Below, piece by piece: positions 54,930 to 56,771 of a stretch of DNA of 56,771 nt. Every line of letters begins with the position of its first letter. The first letter of the stretch is position 1. Where the stretch lies: the NCBI GenBank assembly GCA_030693045.1, contig JAUYBU010000048.1, forward strand, positions 1 to 56,771, written 5' to 3'. The notes beneath the pieces were generated by a model. The model saw only the letters and a list, made by a program, of their open reading frames with translations. It ran no database searches and was not told where the DNA came from. This DNA comes from Bryobacterales bacterium. Its GTDB lineage: Bacteria; Acidobacteriota; Terriglobia; Bryobacterales; Bryobacteraceae. The translations under genes and the position numbers were made by a program.

Positions 54930-55258
54930 CCCTTCCACCGTATCGCGGCAGTTGCCCGTCCATCCACAACGGTAGCCAGCCCTTTTTGGCCGGCTTGAGC
55001 CGCGGACGCTCCCGCGCGGCGGCCAGGGCGGAGAAGCGGTCCAGGTGGAACTCCGCCGGCGGGGAAACTCGCGCGCCAGGTGGCGCATGTGGGCGATGGG
55101 GCGCGTGGCGTCGATGACGGCCGTCTCCAGCTCGCGCACGGCTTCCAGCCGCGGCAGGAAGGGCCCCAGGTTCCTGGTCCGGAAGACGAATCCATCGACG
55201 GCCGCCGGGCGAAGATCCACGGTGCGGGGCTGGCGCGTTAACTGGCCGGTGCGATCAT
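54930..55258 (-). pseudogene. DUF1848-like gene remnant
   Basis: The ATG overlapping the upstream stop gives MIAPAS*. Another frame gives VDLRPAAVDGFVFRTRNLGPFLPRL and ELETAVIDA..IAHMRHLAREF, resembling DUF1848 segments. Confidence 0.5.
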
Positions 55259-55944
55259 GCGCTGAACTTGTAGCCGAGGCCGCGCAGCGTGAGGATGAAG
55301 CGCGGATGCCGCGGGTCGTCCTCCACCTTCTGGCGCAGCCAAGTGACATGCACGTCCACGGTGCGGGTGGTGGGCAGGGCGTCATAGCCCCACACCTCCC
55401 GTAGCAGCTCCTCGCGGGTGATCAGCGTGCCGCGGCGCTCGATGAGATATCGCAGGAGCTGGAACTCGCGCGCCGACAGGGGAACGGACTGGCCGCCGCG
55501 CGTCACCTGGCCAGCGCGGAAGTCCACCGTGGCGCCGCCGAAGCCGAAGGTGGCGGGCGTGGCGGGCGCCCCGTTGCGGCCGGCGCGGCGCAGCAAGGCT
55601 TGGATGCGCGCCATCAGCTCCGGGAACTCAAACGGCTTGGTGAGATAGTCGTCGGCCCCAAGCTGGAGCCCCACCACCTTGTCGACCAATTGGCCGCGCG
55701 CCGTCAGCATCAGAATCGGCGTGGCGATGTCCTGCCGGCGCAGGGCGCGGCAGATGTCCAGGCCGGACTTGCGCGGCAGCATGAGGTCCAAGAGGATGAG
55801 ATCATGCGCGGCCTCCAGTGCCGCGGCCAGGCCGGATTCGCCGTCGGTGCGCGAATCCACGGTGTAGCATTCGGCCAGCAGCCGGTCGGTGAGCGTGAGG
55901 ACCAGTCCGGGCTCGTCCTCGATCAGCAGGATGCGGGGGTTCAA
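55255..55944 (-). CDS. OmpR/PhoB family response regulator
   Basis: ILLIEDE, LDLMLP..SG, MLTAR, GADDYLTKPF and winged-helix TRTVDVHV..LRQK...RGLGYKF. Confidence 0.95.
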   Translation of the reverse strand: MNPRILLIEDEPGLVLTLTDRLLAECYTVDSRTDGESGLAAALEAAHDLILLDLMLPRKSGLDICRALRRQDIATPILMLTARGQLVDKVVGLQLGADDYLTKPFEFPELMARIQALLRRAGRNGAPATPATFGFGGATVDFRAGQVTRGGQSVPLSAREFQLLRYLIERRGTLITREELLREVWGYDALPTTRTVDVHVTWLRQKVEDDPRHPRFILTLRGLGYKFSA

Positions 55945-56771
55945 GATGCCTCCTGGGAACAGGTGGGCAAAGTCAGCAGAAAGCGCGCGCCGCCGGAGGT
56001 CCGGTTTTCGGCGGTGAGCGTTCCGCCGTGGGATTCGGCGATGCGCCGCGCAAGCGTCAGGCCGAGGCCGAAGCCGCGCGTCTGGGCGTCCAGCGCCGCC
56101 CGGCCGCGGTAGAAGGGCTCGAACAGGTGCGGCAGGTCCTCGGCGGCGAAACCCCGGCCGCGATCGCTGACGGTGATCTGCACCTGGCCGTCCCGGCGCG
56201 CGGCGACCAGCTCGATGCGGCCTCCGGCGCCGCCATGCAGGGCGGCGTTGGCGATGAGGTTGCGGAGGCAGTGGGTAAGGGCCGCGGAGTCGGCCGGAAC
56301 AGGCGGCAACCCGGGCTCCAGGCGGAGGTCGAGCGCGACCTGGTTTTCCCGCAACTCGGCGGAGCAGGCCTGGACGGCGGCCTGTAGGATAGGCTCGAGT
56401 TCGGCCGGCCGCGGTGGTGGCTCCACGCGCCCGCTCCGGATGTCGGCGTAACGCAGGATCTGCTCCACCATGGCGGTCAGGCGGCGGCCCTCGGACTGGA
56501 TCAGCGCGCCGTACTGGCGGACCTGCGGCGGGGCGGCGACCACGCCATCGGCCAGGTTGCCGGCGGCGGCGCCGATGACCGAGAGCGGCGTGCGTAGCTC
56601 GTGGGAAACGCCGGCGACAAATTCCATCTGCCGGCGGGCCAGCCGCTCGGCGCGGCGCGTGGCCACCGTGAGGGCGGCCAGGGCGGCGGCCAGCAGCATC
56701 AGCACGGCGGCGCTTAGGGTCAGATTGCGGTAGCGCGTGACCGCGACGGCCTGCTCCAGCCCGCCGGAGCG
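55941..56771 (-). CDS. Membrane sensor histidine kinase (3' part; runs off the window edge)
   Basis: TM segment then VSHELRTPL, NLIANA, DRGRG, LFEPFYR and GFGLGL motifs. Confidence 0.92.
   Translation of the reverse strand, partial: RSGGLEQAVAVTRYRNLTLSAAVLMLLAAALAALTVATRRAERLARRQMEFVAGVSHELRTPLSVIGAAAGNLADGVVAAPPQVRQYGALIQSEGRRLTAMVEQILRYADIRSGRVEPPPRPAELEPILQAAVQACSAELRENQVALDLRLEPGLPPVPADSAALTHCLRNLIANAALHGGAGGRIELVAARRDGQVQITVSDRGRGFAAEDLPHLFEPFYRGRAALDAQTRGFGLGLTLARRIAESHGGTLTAENRTSGGARFLLTLPTCSQEAS

Noticed and set aside
53538..55385. 615-aa minus-strand ORF
   Set aside because: A chimera of the DUF1848 remnant, the frameshifted cysG-like gene and antisense read-through of dsrK.

Overview
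High-GC chromosomal window, most likely from an Acidobacteriota genome of the Bryobacteraceae/Solibacter type. This is inferred from the TIGR03437-type exported protein, the many twin-arginine sugar enzymes and the style of its REP-like repeats. It holds housekeeping genes (aroK, carD, purH, ftsK, uppP, yjbQ, a PpiC-type PPIase), many exported carbohydrate-active and redox enzymes, and a DUF2760/Hsp70-DUF3731 pair. Decayed elements include the 3' end of a group II intron, a collapsed vapBC, a truncated toxin before a DUF2283 gene, and internally deleted sulfatase, cysG-like and DUF1848-like genes. Several miniature elements with long inverted repeats are also present. The most striking locus is the apparent operon at 46670-54536: Rrf2 regulator, atypical macrodomain, TmcC-like membrane subunit, TmcB-like Fe-S/CCG subunit fused to a receiver domain, Cys-rich PAS-PAS histidine kinase, stand-alone receiver, DsrM-like and DsrK-like subunits. 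It looks like two membrane thiol/heterodisulfide redox modules wired directly to phosphosignalling, and possibly to ADP-ribose signalling. No rRNA, tRNA or CRISPR array was seen. All family assignments come from motif recognition by eye, not database searches.
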